NCBI GenBank assembly: GCA_944349335.1
Contig: CALVMW010000001.1
Location: forward strand, 423,671 to 487,670
Origin: an uncultured Bacilli bacterium
Lineage (GTDB): Bacteria > Bacillota_I > Bacilli_A > RFN20 > CAG-288
DNA length: 64,000 nt
Direction: 5' to 3'
The notes under the pieces were generated by a model. That model did not search any database and was not told the origin of the DNA. It saw only the letters and a program-made list of their open reading frames with translations. Positions within the stretch are counted from its first letter, which is position 1. Each line of letters opens with the position of its first letter. Positions 16,951 through 25,753 of this stretch are shown in pieces. Made by a program: the position numbers and the translations under genes.

Positions 16951-17592
16951 ATGTTTTTAGAGGATTTTGAGAAATTAACGCGTTCAGAAAAAGCTCTTTT
17001 TTCAGAAGCTGTCAACGACCTTCTCTATCAATGCTTCATAGTTAGGCGCATTTACGATCGCAAAATGAAAATGTTCAAAACTAACCCCGATTATTTATAT
17101 ATAGATCGTCATTTTGAATTGATTGAAGATTATCTATCCTATATAAATATTTCTCTTTCTAAAAGCGATGAAGATGGTATTATTTTCATTTCATCAGGAA
17201 TCGAGAAAAATCATCTTAGATTAGATGTTGTCACAACACTGATTGTCTACGCTTTAAGATCATATTATGAAGATCAAATAAGCCGTTTCCCGGAAGAGAT
17301 CACTCCTCGCATGACCTATGGTATTTTAAATACTTTCTTACAAGAGACAGGTTTATCTAACTTAACTAAAAGACTCTCTTCTTCAACGATTGCGAGTTCT
17401 TTAAGAGTTTTAGATTCCTACAACATCATCACAAAGATTGAAGGATCTTATGGTGATCCTGCTTATAGCTTCTGTATTCTCCCTACTATCCGTTATATCA
17501 TCTCTTCAGAAAAGATGAACACTCTCTATAACTTTTTAACTAAAAAAGATGACAATCTCATCTTAGATAGTTTTGAAAGGAGCGAAGAATGA
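16951..17592 (+). CDS. JetB/MksE-like protein
   Basis: 213 aa, AGGAGG RBS, ATGA start/stop overlap with the downstream SMC-like gene. Assignment by size and operon position. Confidence 0.5.
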   Translation: MFLEDFEKLTRSEKALFSEAVNDLLYQCFIVRRIYDRKMKMFKTNPDYLYIDRHFELIEDYLSYINISLSKSDEDGIIFISSGIEKNHLRLDVVTTLIVYALRSYYEDQISRFPEEITPRMTYGILNTFLQETGLSNLTKRLSSSTIASSLRVLDSYNIITKIEGSYGDPAYSFCILPTIRYIISSEKMNTLYNFLTKKDDNLILDSFERSEE

Positions 17593-20500
17593 AAGTACTA
17601 AAACGCCTTCGCCTAATTAATTGGCACTACTTTTCTAACACAACTACTGACCTTAAGCAGATCACTCTTTTAACTGGTCCTAACGGTACAGGTAAATCTA
17701 CTATCATCGACGCCTTACAGATTGTTTTAATAGGCTCGACTAGAGCTGAATATTTCAATAAAGCTGCTAATGAAACCAAAGGTAGAGGACGTACTCTTCT
17801 CTCTTATTTAAGAGGGCAGACAGGTATATCTGACGATGGAAAAGTCATTAACCTTCGCAAAGGTAACTTCACTTCTTATATCGCTATTGAAATTTATGAT
17901 GATGTTGAAAATAAAACCTTCTCTTTAGGTGCTGTTTTTGATGTCGATAGCGCTGATAATATTTCCAAACACTATTTTTATATCGCTTCTCCCTTCTTAA
18001 AAAATAACTTCTCAAATTCTGAAACAGAAAGCGATTTAAAAAAAGTACGTCCAATGATGTATAAAGAACTTTCTAGTTATGTTAGAAAGAATTATTCCAG
18101 TGGTGAATATCATTTCTTTGATACTGATATAGATTATCAAAACTTTATCAAAGTCGCTTTTGGTAACCTTCCTGATAAATACTTCTCTCTATTAAGAAAA
18201 GCTATCTCTTTTGCACCTATCAATAACATCTCTCAATTTATCACTGATTACATCTGTGATGCCGATAAAACCATCGATATCAAACCGATGCAAAAAAACA
18301 TCGAACAATATAAATTATTAGAAAACGAAGCTAAAAAACTTAGAGTTAAACAAGAAGCTTTATTAAAAATAAAAGAAAGCTACACTAACTATTCTTCCTA
18401 TGCTGAGAAGATGAATCTTTTAACTTATGTTAATGCTCGCGTCCAATATGAAGAAGCAAAAAAGAAGCTCGATTCCTTAAAAGAAAAATTAGAAAAAGAT
18501 AATAATCGTCTTTCAGAGATTTCTTCTAACCTCAATTTATTTGATAAACAAATAGAAGATCTTCGCTCTGACTTATCTTCATACCAAGCTAAAAAACTTC
18601 AGTCTAAGAATTATTCTTTAACAGAAAAGCTTTCCATGAAGAAAGACAATATCACTAAACAGATAGCTTCTATTCAAATGGCTGTCTCTACTAGCATTTC
18701 CAAAATCAATAATTATGTACACGATTATATGGATGCCTGTCGCAACTTTGCTTCCTTCTATACCCAATTTGATTCAAATCGTTTCGGTGACAAAATTAAA
18801 GAAAACTTCGATCAATTGATCGAATTATGTAAAGATTTAACTATCCAATCAAAAGCTTTAATGGACAATATCGATAACGATAAAATTGATTTTAACGACT
18901 TAAAAGCCTTCCGTAACGATATGGAAGCCTTAAGAAATCAAGCTATCGCTATGAAACAGAGCTTAAGACGTGAATTATACGATACTTCTGCTGATTTACA
19001 AGCTTTACAGAAGGATTTAACTAATGTCAATTCTGGTAAAAAGCCTTTTGATCAGATAGGTCCTAGCTATATGGCTATTAAAAACTCCTTAGAATCAGCT
19101 CTAAAGATGAGGCACACTGATGCTTATGTTCATATTTATTGTGACTTAGTTGACGTTGATGATCCAGAGTGGACAATGGCTTTAGAAGCTGCTTTATACA
19201 ATCAAAAATTTAACTTCTTTGTTAATCCTGAATATTATCAAGAAGCTAATCGCCTATTAAAAGAACTAACTGAAACTTATCGTTATTATCGTGTCTCCTT
19301 AGTAGATAGCGATAGATTATTAAGTAGTGATATCTATGCCGATGATGATTCAATAGCAAATCTTATCTCTACTAACGATGAAGGAGCGAGAGCTTATACT
19401 GATTATTTATTAGGCCGAATTAAAAAGTGTGAAACTTTTGAAGAAGCGAGAAACTCTGGTTCAGGTCTATTAAAAGACTGTACCGGTTATCGCGCATATG
19501 GAACGTGGTACTTAAATAAAGCCCACGCTCGTATCCCCTTCTTAGGTACAAAAGTTTCTTCTGATACTAAAGCTATATCAGCAAAAGATTATCAAGATAT
19601 GAATAGACGTTATAATCTTTATACTGAAGCTTTAAATAAGTTAGATACTCTCTTATCTTTACCTTTAATGTCCCAAGCTGAATGCGACACCTATCAAAGC
19701 GATATCGAAAGGATGAAGGATATCTCCGGATTACAAGAATCTATTAAGGATATCGATACCCAGATGCATGATGTTTCAATGGGTGATATGGTTGAAGTAG
19801 AAAACAAAATTCAAGCTATCGAAGAAGATATCAAGACGATCAATGATGAAAGAGAAGAGATTCTCACGGAAAGAGGATCTCTCATCAATGAAACTCGCCA
19901 CTTAAATGGAGAAGAGATACCTGTCGCTGATAGAAATTATCAATCTACTTTAGCAGAGTTAAAAAGCTTTGACGAACATATCGTCAATGAACAATATGCT
20001 CCTTTCTATGAAAAACTTATCGAACAAGAGGGTATGACTCTTTCAATGATTAGCAAAGAAGCTATGAAAGAGTATATTCAAGCTCAAAATAAACAAAATA
20101 GCGACCGTACTTTATTACTCCGTTTACGCTCTGACTACTGCTCTACTTATCATCTTAACTACGACTATACTAATATGGCAACTAACGAAGAGTTTGATAA
20201 AGAATTAGAAAGTATTTCTAAAGTTATGCTTCCTGATTATGAAGAAAAAATAAAACAAGCTCACGATAGTTCTGTCAAAGAGTTTAAAGATGATTTTGTT
20301 TATAAATTGAGAACTGCTATCGAGACAGTCAACACCCAGATTGTCGAATTAAATCAAGCTTTAGAAGACTGCCACTTCGGTGTTGATACCTATCAATTTA
20401 AAGTTACTCCAAGTAAAGATTATCTTGAATACTATAATATGATTATGGATCCGCTCCTTTTAAAAGCTGGAGATGCGGAAAATCTCTTTATGGAGAAATA

Positions 20501-21020
20501 TAAAGAGACAATGGATTCCTTATTCAACCTAATCTCATCTTCGACAAGTGCAACTGGTGATGAGAAAAATCAAATTTTAGATAACATTAAAATCTTTACT
20601 ACCTATACAACTTATATGAATTTTGATTTGTTAGTTTATCGCGGTGGAATCGAAAATAAACAAGTTATATCTTTAGGCCGTTCTTTCACCTCTCAATCAG
20701 GTGGTGAAACACAAACTCCTTTCTACATCTCAATTCTCGCTTCTTTTGCTTCTTTATGTCGTGTAAATAATGTCAAAGATAACAATACTCTACGTTTAGT
20801 AGTCTTCGATGAAGCCTTCTCAAAGATGGACTCTTCAAGAATTATGCAATCGACTGATCTTTTCCGTCAGTTTGGTTTACAAGCTATCTTATCCACACCA
20901 GCTGAAAAATTACGTGATCTTGTCTCTTACTTAGATCTCATCTTAGTCGCGATTCATGATGATAAACATAAGAGATCTGGTTTAGATATATACGAAGAAA
21001 AGAAAGATAAAGATAGCTAA
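17589..21020 (+). CDS. JetC/MksB-like SMC-family ATPase (1143 aa)
   Basis: N-terminal LRLINWHYF...TLLTGPNGTGKSTIIDALQIVLIGS (MukB/MksB-like Walker A head), long central coiled-coil-like region, C-terminal ABC signature SQSGGETQ, Walker B LRLVVFDEAF and H-loop. Confidence 0.7.
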   Translation: MKVLKRLRLINWHYFSNTTTDLKQITLLTGPNGTGKSTIIDALQIVLIGSTRAEYFNKAANETKGRGRTLLSYLRGQTGISDDGKVINLRKGNFTSYIAIEIYDDVENKTFSLGAVFDVDSADNISKHYFYIASPFLKNNFSNSETESDLKKVRPMMYKELSSYVRKNYSSGEYHFFDTDIDYQNFIKVAFGNLPDKYFSLLRKAISFAPINNISQFITDYICDADKTIDIKPMQKNIEQYKLLENEAKKLRVKQEALLKIKESYTNYSSYAEKMNLLTYVNARVQYEEAKKKLDSLKEKLEKDNNRLSEISSNLNLFDKQIEDLRSDLSSYQAKKLQSKNYSLTEKLSMKKDNITKQIASIQMAVSTSISKINNYVHDYMDACRNFASFYTQFDSNRFGDKIKENFDQLIELCKDLTIQSKALMDNIDNDKIDFNDLKAFRNDMEALRNQAIAMKQSLRRELYDTSADLQALQKDLTNVNSGKKPFDQIGPSYMAIKNSLESALKMRHTDAYVHIYCDLVDVDDPEWTMALEAALYNQKFNFFVNPEYYQEANRLLKELTETYRYYRVSLVDSDRLLSSDIYADDDSIANLISTNDEGARAYTDYLLGRIKKCETFEEARNSGSGLLKDCTGYRAYGTWYLNKAHARIPFLGTKVSSDTKAISAKDYQDMNRRYNLYTEALNKLDTLLSLPLMSQAECDTYQSDIERMKDISGLQESIKDIDTQMHDVSMGDMVEVENKIQAIEEDIKTINDEREEILTERGSLINETRHLNGEEIPVADRNYQSTLAELKSFDEHIVNEQYAPFYEKLIEQEGMTLSMISKEAMKEYIQAQNKQNSDRTLLLRLRSDYCSTYHLNYDYTNMATNEEFDKELESISKVMLPDYEEKIKQAHDSSVKEFKDDFVYKLRTAIETVNTQIVELNQALEDCHFGVDTYQFKVTPSKDYLEYYNMIMDPLLLKAGDAENLFMEKYKETMDSLFNLISSSTSATGDEKNQILDNIKIFTTYTTYMNFDLLVYRGGIENKQVISLGRSFTSQSGGETQTPFYISILASFASLCRVNNVKDNNTLRLVVFDEAFSKMDSSRIMQSTDLFRQFGLQAILSTPAEKLRDLVSYLDLILVAIHDDKHKRSGLDIYEEKKDKDS

Positions 21021-21070
21021 TTACATTTGTAAATAATCAATACTTTTTCAATGTCTTCTTTATTTCTTTT

Positions 21071-21117
21071 CCTCCCTGTTTTATAATGTTAAAAGTGAAA
21101 GCGTTTACAACAGGAGG
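21071..21117 (+). promoter_or_regulatory. Leader hairpin that would sequester the glgC Shine-Dalgarno sequence
   Basis: CCTCCCTGTT at 21071-21080 is complementary to AACAGGAGG at 21109-21117, which contains the glgC SD. The 28-nt loop includes TTATAAT. Confidence 0.3.
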
Positions 21118-21123
21118 ACAAAA

Positions 21124-22236
21124 ATGAAATCAGAAATGGTAGCAGTAATCCTCGCCGGTGGTAGAGGAACTCGCTTGCAGTCATTGACGGCGAAAATTGC
21201 TAAACCAGCTGTCTTTTTTGGTGGTAAATATCGAATTATCGACTTCGCTTTATCTAATGTCGCTAATTCCGGTATTTCAAGTGTCGGTGTAGCAACTCAA
21301 TATGAAGCGACAGTTTTAAATACTTATATAGGAACTGGACGTAACTGGGGTCTTAATGGAAATGGTGCACTGACTTCTATTTTACCGCCTAGAGAGACAC
21401 CTAAAGGCGCAAGTTGGTATTTAGGTACAGCAGATGCTATATATCAAAACATCGATTGGTTAGACAAAACTCATTGTGAATATGTAGTTATTCTCTCTGG
21501 TGACCATATTTACAAGATGGATTATTCAGAAATGCTTGCTTTCCACAAAAAGAATGCAGCTGATGTCACTATCGCTACTATCAAAGTTCCCATGGAAGAA
21601 GCTCCGCGCTTCGGTATTGTCTGCACTGATGATGAAGATAGAATCACTGAATTCCAAGAGAAGCCTAAAGTCCCTAAATCTGATTTAGCAAGTATGGGTA
21701 TTTATATCTTCACTTATTCACTATTAAGAGAAAGCTTAATCGCTGACAGCAATAATGCTAAATCTTCCCATGACTTTGGAAAAGATATCTTACCTACTTT
21801 ATTAAAAGCTGGAAAGAGACTTTTCTCCTATAATTTCCATGGCTACTGGAAAGATGTCGGTACAATTCATTCTTTATGGGAAGCCAATATGGACCTTCTC
21901 GATCCTGATTGCGAATTAAATATCTTCTCTTCCAAGATGAAGATTTATTCAGCTGATACCTATTCTCGCCCTCAATATATCGCTAAGATCGCTAAAGTTG
22001 AAGATAGCCTTATCAATCAAGGTGCTGTCATTCGTGGTACTTGCATCCATTCAGTAATATCTAATGAAGTTACGATTGAAAAAGGGGCTGTTGTTAAAGA
22101 TTGCCTTATCATGCCTGGTGCAACTATCAAAGCTGATGTCAAGATAGAAAAAGCGATTGTCGGATCTTCAGTTGTCGTCTCATCTGATCACATCGGTACA
22201 ACCGACAATATCGCTTTGATCAATAAGGAGGATTAA
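21124..22236 (+). CDS. glgC: Glucose-1-phosphate adenylyltransferase
   Basis: VAVILAGGRGTRLQSLTAKIAKPAVFFGGKYRIIDFALSN N-terminal NTP-transferase motif plus C-terminal left-handed beta-helix. Confidence 0.85.
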   Translation: MKSEMVAVILAGGRGTRLQSLTAKIAKPAVFFGGKYRIIDFALSNVANSGISSVGVATQYEATVLNTYIGTGRNWGLNGNGALTSILPPRETPKGASWYLGTADAIYQNIDWLDKTHCEYVVILSGDHIYKMDYSEMLAFHKKNAADVTIATIKVPMEEAPRFGIVCTDDEDRITEFQEKPKVPKSDLASMGIYIFTYSLLRESLIADSNNAKSSHDFGKDILPTLLKAGKRLFSYNFHGYWKDVGTIHSLWEANMDLLDPDCELNIFSSKMKIYSADTYSRPQYIAKIAKVEDSLINQGAVIRGTCIHSVISNEVTIEKGAVVKDCLIMPGATIKADVKIEKAIVGSSVVVSSDHIGTTDNIALINKED

Positions 22237-22237
22237 T

Positions 22238-23353
22238 ATGGCTAGAAGAATATTAGGCTTAGTCAATTGTTTCAGCAATGCTAATTTTGGCCCGATGACT
22301 GAGCATCGTTCCATTGCTTCAACTTCCTTTTTAGGTCGTTACGCTTTCATCGACTTCCCTCTCTCTAACTTCTTAAATTCAGGCATTCCTGCTATCGGTA
22401 TCCTCTGTAAAAACCATATCCGTTCTCTTTCAAGACATGTAGGAAATGGTGCTCCTTGGACAGCTAATACAAAAATAGGTCAATTTCAAATCTTATACGA
22501 TGAACCTAACATTGCTAATCCTTCTTATAATACCGATGTTGCTAACCTCATTGAAAACCGTTGGTTTTTAAAAGCTTGCAATCCTGATTATGTTGTTATC
22601 ACACCCTCTTCAACTATCTTCTATGCTGACTTTGATCGCTTAGTTGAAGAACATATTTCTTCTGGTGCAAGAATCTCTTTACTCTATCATCACTGCACTG
22701 GATTAAAACACTCCTTTATCGGCAATAGAAAAGTTTATATCTCTGATAGAGGAAAAGTCACTAAAATGGAAATAAATCAAGGAGATAGCGATGAAGGTGA
22801 TATCTCTTTAGGTACTATCATCTTAGATTATCCAATGTTAGAATCCTTATTAGATTATGCCAGTGGAACTTCTTCTTTCTTCACTATCGCTGACACTTTA
22901 AATTACATCTCTCCCTCTGTTTTAGTAAGAGCAGTTAAACACGAAGGCTATGCTAGAAGCTTTGATTCATTACCTCACTACTTTAACTATTCTTTAGAGA
23001 TGCTTAATGAAGAAGTTTTTAGAACTCTCTTCCAAGATGATTGGCCGATCTATACTAAGAGTTATGACACACCTCCAGTCATTTATAAGAAAGGAGCAAC
23101 AGTCTCTAACTCCAGTATCGCTAACGGTGCAATTATCGAAGGCACAGTTATCAATTCAATTTTAGGTCGCGGTGTCAAAATTAAAAAAGGTGCTGTTGTC
23201 AAAAATGCTGTTATCGGCTCTGATAGTATTATCGATTCAAATATTCATATCGAAAATGCTGTTGTCGATAAAGAAGTACAAGTCTTACATATTGCCGAGG
23301 TGAAAGGTACAATCGATGATCCTCTTTATATTGCGAGAGGAGATATTGTCTAA
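22238..23353 (+). CDS. glgD: Glycogen biosynthesis protein GlgD (non-catalytic ADP-glucose pyrophosphorylase subunit)
   Basis: Paralog of GlgC immediately downstream; the GGxGxRL motif is degenerate. Typical Firmicute glgC-glgD-glgA order. Confidence 0.75.
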   Translation: MARRILGLVNCFSNANFGPMTEHRSIASTSFLGRYAFIDFPLSNFLNSGIPAIGILCKNHIRSLSRHVGNGAPWTANTKIGQFQILYDEPNIANPSYNTDVANLIENRWFLKACNPDYVVITPSSTIFYADFDRLVEEHISSGARISLLYHHCTGLKHSFIGNRKVYISDRGKVTKMEINQGDSDEGDISLGTIILDYPMLESLLDYASGTSSFFTIADTLNYISPSVLVRAVKHEGYARSFDSLPHYFNYSLEMLNEEVFRTLFQDDWPIYTKSYDTPPVIYKKGATVSNSSIANGAIIEGTVINSILGRGVKIKKGAVVKNAVIGSDSIIDSNIHIENAVVDKEVQVLHIAEVKGTIDDPLYIARGDIV

Positions 23354-24759
23354 TGAATATATTATTAGTAACAAGTGAAGCTCTACCTTATGCTAAAAGC
23401 GGAGGACTTGCTGATTTCATTTTTTCCTATGCTAAAGCTCTAGTTAAAAAGGGGCATAAAGCTTCTGTCATCATGCCTCTATATAAAAGTATCCGCTTTG
23501 GTCATAGCGAAGTTATGGAAGATCTATATGATACTTTCGACTTCAAAATGAACTGGAGAACTCAAGGTTGCGGATTATTCCATAGTAAAGTGAGCGGAGT
23601 AGATTATTACTTCACCGCTATGGATCGTTTTGACCGCGATGGTTTATATGGATATGGGGATGACAACGAGCGTTTTGCCTGCTTCATGATGGCTGTAAAC
23701 ACCTTCATAACTAGACATAACGATTTTGATGTTGTCCATTGTAACGATTGGCAAACAGCCGTCTTACCTCTTCTTTTAAAGTATAATCCCCGTCCGATAA
23801 AAACTATCTTAACTATTCATAATCCGGCTTACCAAGGCTGGGCAAAAAGAGAAGAAACTTCTCTCTTCTTTAATCTCCATACAGACTACTACGACTCTGG
23901 CTTTGTCCGCTTAGGAGATTCCTTTAACTTCTTAAAAACAGGTATTATGTCCGCTGATAAAATTACAACTGTTTCAAAGACTCATCGCGATGAACTCTTA
24001 AGAGATCATGATGGCTTTGGAAAGATTGGAGCAATTATCGATTGGTGCAGACATAATGACTTCGTCGGAATAGTCAACGGCTTAGATGTCGATATTTGGA
24101 ATCCGAAGACTGATAAGCAATTAGCTAAAAACTATTCAGTCGATGATTATAAAGAAGGAAAGAAGATTAATCGCGATGCTATTTTAGACTCTCTAGGTAT
24201 GAATAAAAACTTCACCGGTCCTCTCGTCGGTGTCGTCACCCGTTTATCTTTCCAAAAAGGTGTTGACCGCATCATTCAAGCTATGCGCGAAATCTATAAG
24301 AGCGATGGAAGAATGATCATAATCGGTACTGGTGAAATGGAAGAACAAATTCAAAGTGAAGCTTTTGCTCATCCAGAAGTCTACTATGTTAGAAGATATG
24401 ATGAAAATTTAGCTCACCTTCTTTATGCAGCGAGTGACTACTTCTTAATGCCTTCCTATTTTGAACCATGTGGAACAAGTCAACTTATCTCCATGCGCTA
24501 TGGAACCGTTCCTATCGTCTCAAATGTCGGTGGCTTAAATGATACTGTCAAAGATGCTTCAAGAGGAATGGAAGCGAGCGGATTCGTCTTCAATAATGCT
24601 GACCCTAACGGATTCATCAACTGCTTTATAGGAGCTACTCAATACTTCTATAATCCTGGTTTAGATACTCTCATCAAAAATGGTATGGTCGGAGATTATT
24701 CTTGGGCTAAATCTGCTGATGAATATCTTGATCTCTATAACTCAATCTATTGGAAATAA
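23353..24759 (+). CDS. glgA: Glycogen synthase (ADP-glucose type)
   Basis: N-terminal EALPYAKSGGLADF (KxGGL motif) and a GT-B fold C-terminus. Confidence 0.85.
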   Translation: MNILLVTSEALPYAKSGGLADFIFSYAKALVKKGHKASVIMPLYKSIRFGHSEVMEDLYDTFDFKMNWRTQGCGLFHSKVSGVDYYFTAMDRFDRDGLYGYGDDNERFACFMMAVNTFITRHNDFDVVHCNDWQTAVLPLLLKYNPRPIKTILTIHNPAYQGWAKREETSLFFNLHTDYYDSGFVRLGDSFNFLKTGIMSADKITTVSKTHRDELLRDHDGFGKIGAIIDWCRHNDFVGIVNGLDVDIWNPKTDKQLAKNYSVDDYKEGKKINRDAILDSLGMNKNFTGPLVGVVTRLSFQKGVDRIIQAMREIYKSDGRMIIIGTGEMEEQIQSEAFAHPEVYYVRRYDENLAHLLYAASDYFLMPSYFEPCGTSQLISMRYGTVPIVSNVGGLNDTVKDASRGMEASGFVFNNADPNGFINCFIGATQYFYNPGLDTLIKNGMVGDYSWAKSADEYLDLYNSIYWK

Positions 24760-24766
24760 TTAAATA

Positions 24767-24791
24767 AGAGCTGTGAAAACAGCTCTTTTTA
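24767..24791 (+). terminator. Rho-independent terminator after glgA
   Basis: AGAGCTGT-GAAA-ACAGCTCT plus TTTTT. Confidence 0.75.
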
Positions 24792-24994
24792 AATAAATAC
24801 TAATAAATTCATCCTTTAAATTTAGCTATTCATTATGATTTAATAGAATAGTTTTTCATAAAAGTAAGCTAAAACACCTAATAAAAATCTTTATTTTACG
24901 ATAAAGTTAATTTCTTATTTACTTTTTGCGTAAGTAGCTATATAATTAACTTTGCTAATTTAAGCATCGAATTATTTATATTGGAGGATAAAGT

Positions 24995-25183
24995 ATGGCT
25001 GTACCTGTGAGAAGAACTGGTGTCACAAAGAAAAGATTAAGAAGAGGTCATATCAAAGCTGTTGCGGCTGCTACTGTCGCTTGCCCTAACTGCGGTGCAG
25101 CTTATCGCCCTCATCATGTCTGCCCTTCTTGTGGCTATTATGATGGTCGCAAGGTTGTTGACGTCAAAGCTAAAGAAGATTAA
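24995..25183 (+). CDS. rpmF: 50S ribosomal protein L32
   Basis: MAVPVRRTGVTKKRLRRGHIKA... with a CPNCG...CPSCG zinc ribbon; 62 aa. Confidence 0.85.
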   Translation: MAVPVRRTGVTKKRLRRGHIKAVAAATVACPNCGAAYRPHHVCPSCGYYDGRKVVDVKAKED

Positions 25184-25184
25184 A

Positions 25185-25206
25185 AGACCCACACGGGTCT
25201 TTTTTA
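25185..25206 (+). terminator. Rho-independent terminator after rpmF
   Basis: AGACCCACACGGGTCT plus TTTTTT. Confidence 0.75.
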
Positions 25207-25215
25207 AATATAATT

Positions 25216-25659
25216 ATGACTTATATTGAAAGAATCACATATCTTATCGGTAGTTATTTAGAAATTCAACAATACGTAATGTTGAATGCTTTTGTTTATG
25301 CTTTTTATTTAAATGCTAAAAACAATCGAGCTATCTCTTCTTATGATTATATGCAAGTTATAGAATGCAATGCTACTGAAGAATACGATAAATATATCTC
25401 AAAAAGCAAAGATGACTATTTAAAATTCTTTAAAGATAATAATTTATCAAAAAGGGATATCACCACTTTAGATAAGATTGTCACTAAAAGAGATGAGATC
25501 TCTCAATCCTTTTTTATCAAGCACGCAGAAGGACTCGCTAAAGAAGATATCAATGTTTATAACTCAGTGATAAAAGAACTAGAAGATGCTATCAATTATG
25601 CTACTGATTATAATCGAAAATTGATAAAAAAAGTTGATGATTTAAAAACCTCACTATAA
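25216..25659 (+). CDS. Hypothetical protein (147 aa)
   Basis: Open frame with no clear SD and no recognisable motifs. Confidence 0.35.
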   Translation: MTYIERITYLIGSYLEIQQYVMLNAFVYAFYLNAKNNRAISSYDYMQVIECNATEEYDKYISKSKDDYLKFFKDNNLSKRDITTLDKIVTKRDEISQSFFIKHAEGLAKEDINVYNSVIKELEDAINYATDYNRKLIKKVDDLKTSL

Positions 25660-25753
25660 ATAATTTCGCATTCTTGTAAATTTTTCTAAAAGATTTTTCC
25701 TCTCTATGATATAATCTTTTCTGTAAGCGGTTACAAATAAGGAGGAATAATCG

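Noticed and set aside
24995-25183. rpmF stands out by its higher GC content than its surroundings, which could hint at horizontal acquisition
   Set aside because: The elevated GC is explained by its Ala/Arg/Gly/Pro/Cys-rich composition and by highly-expressed-gene codon choice. rpmF is a core gene.
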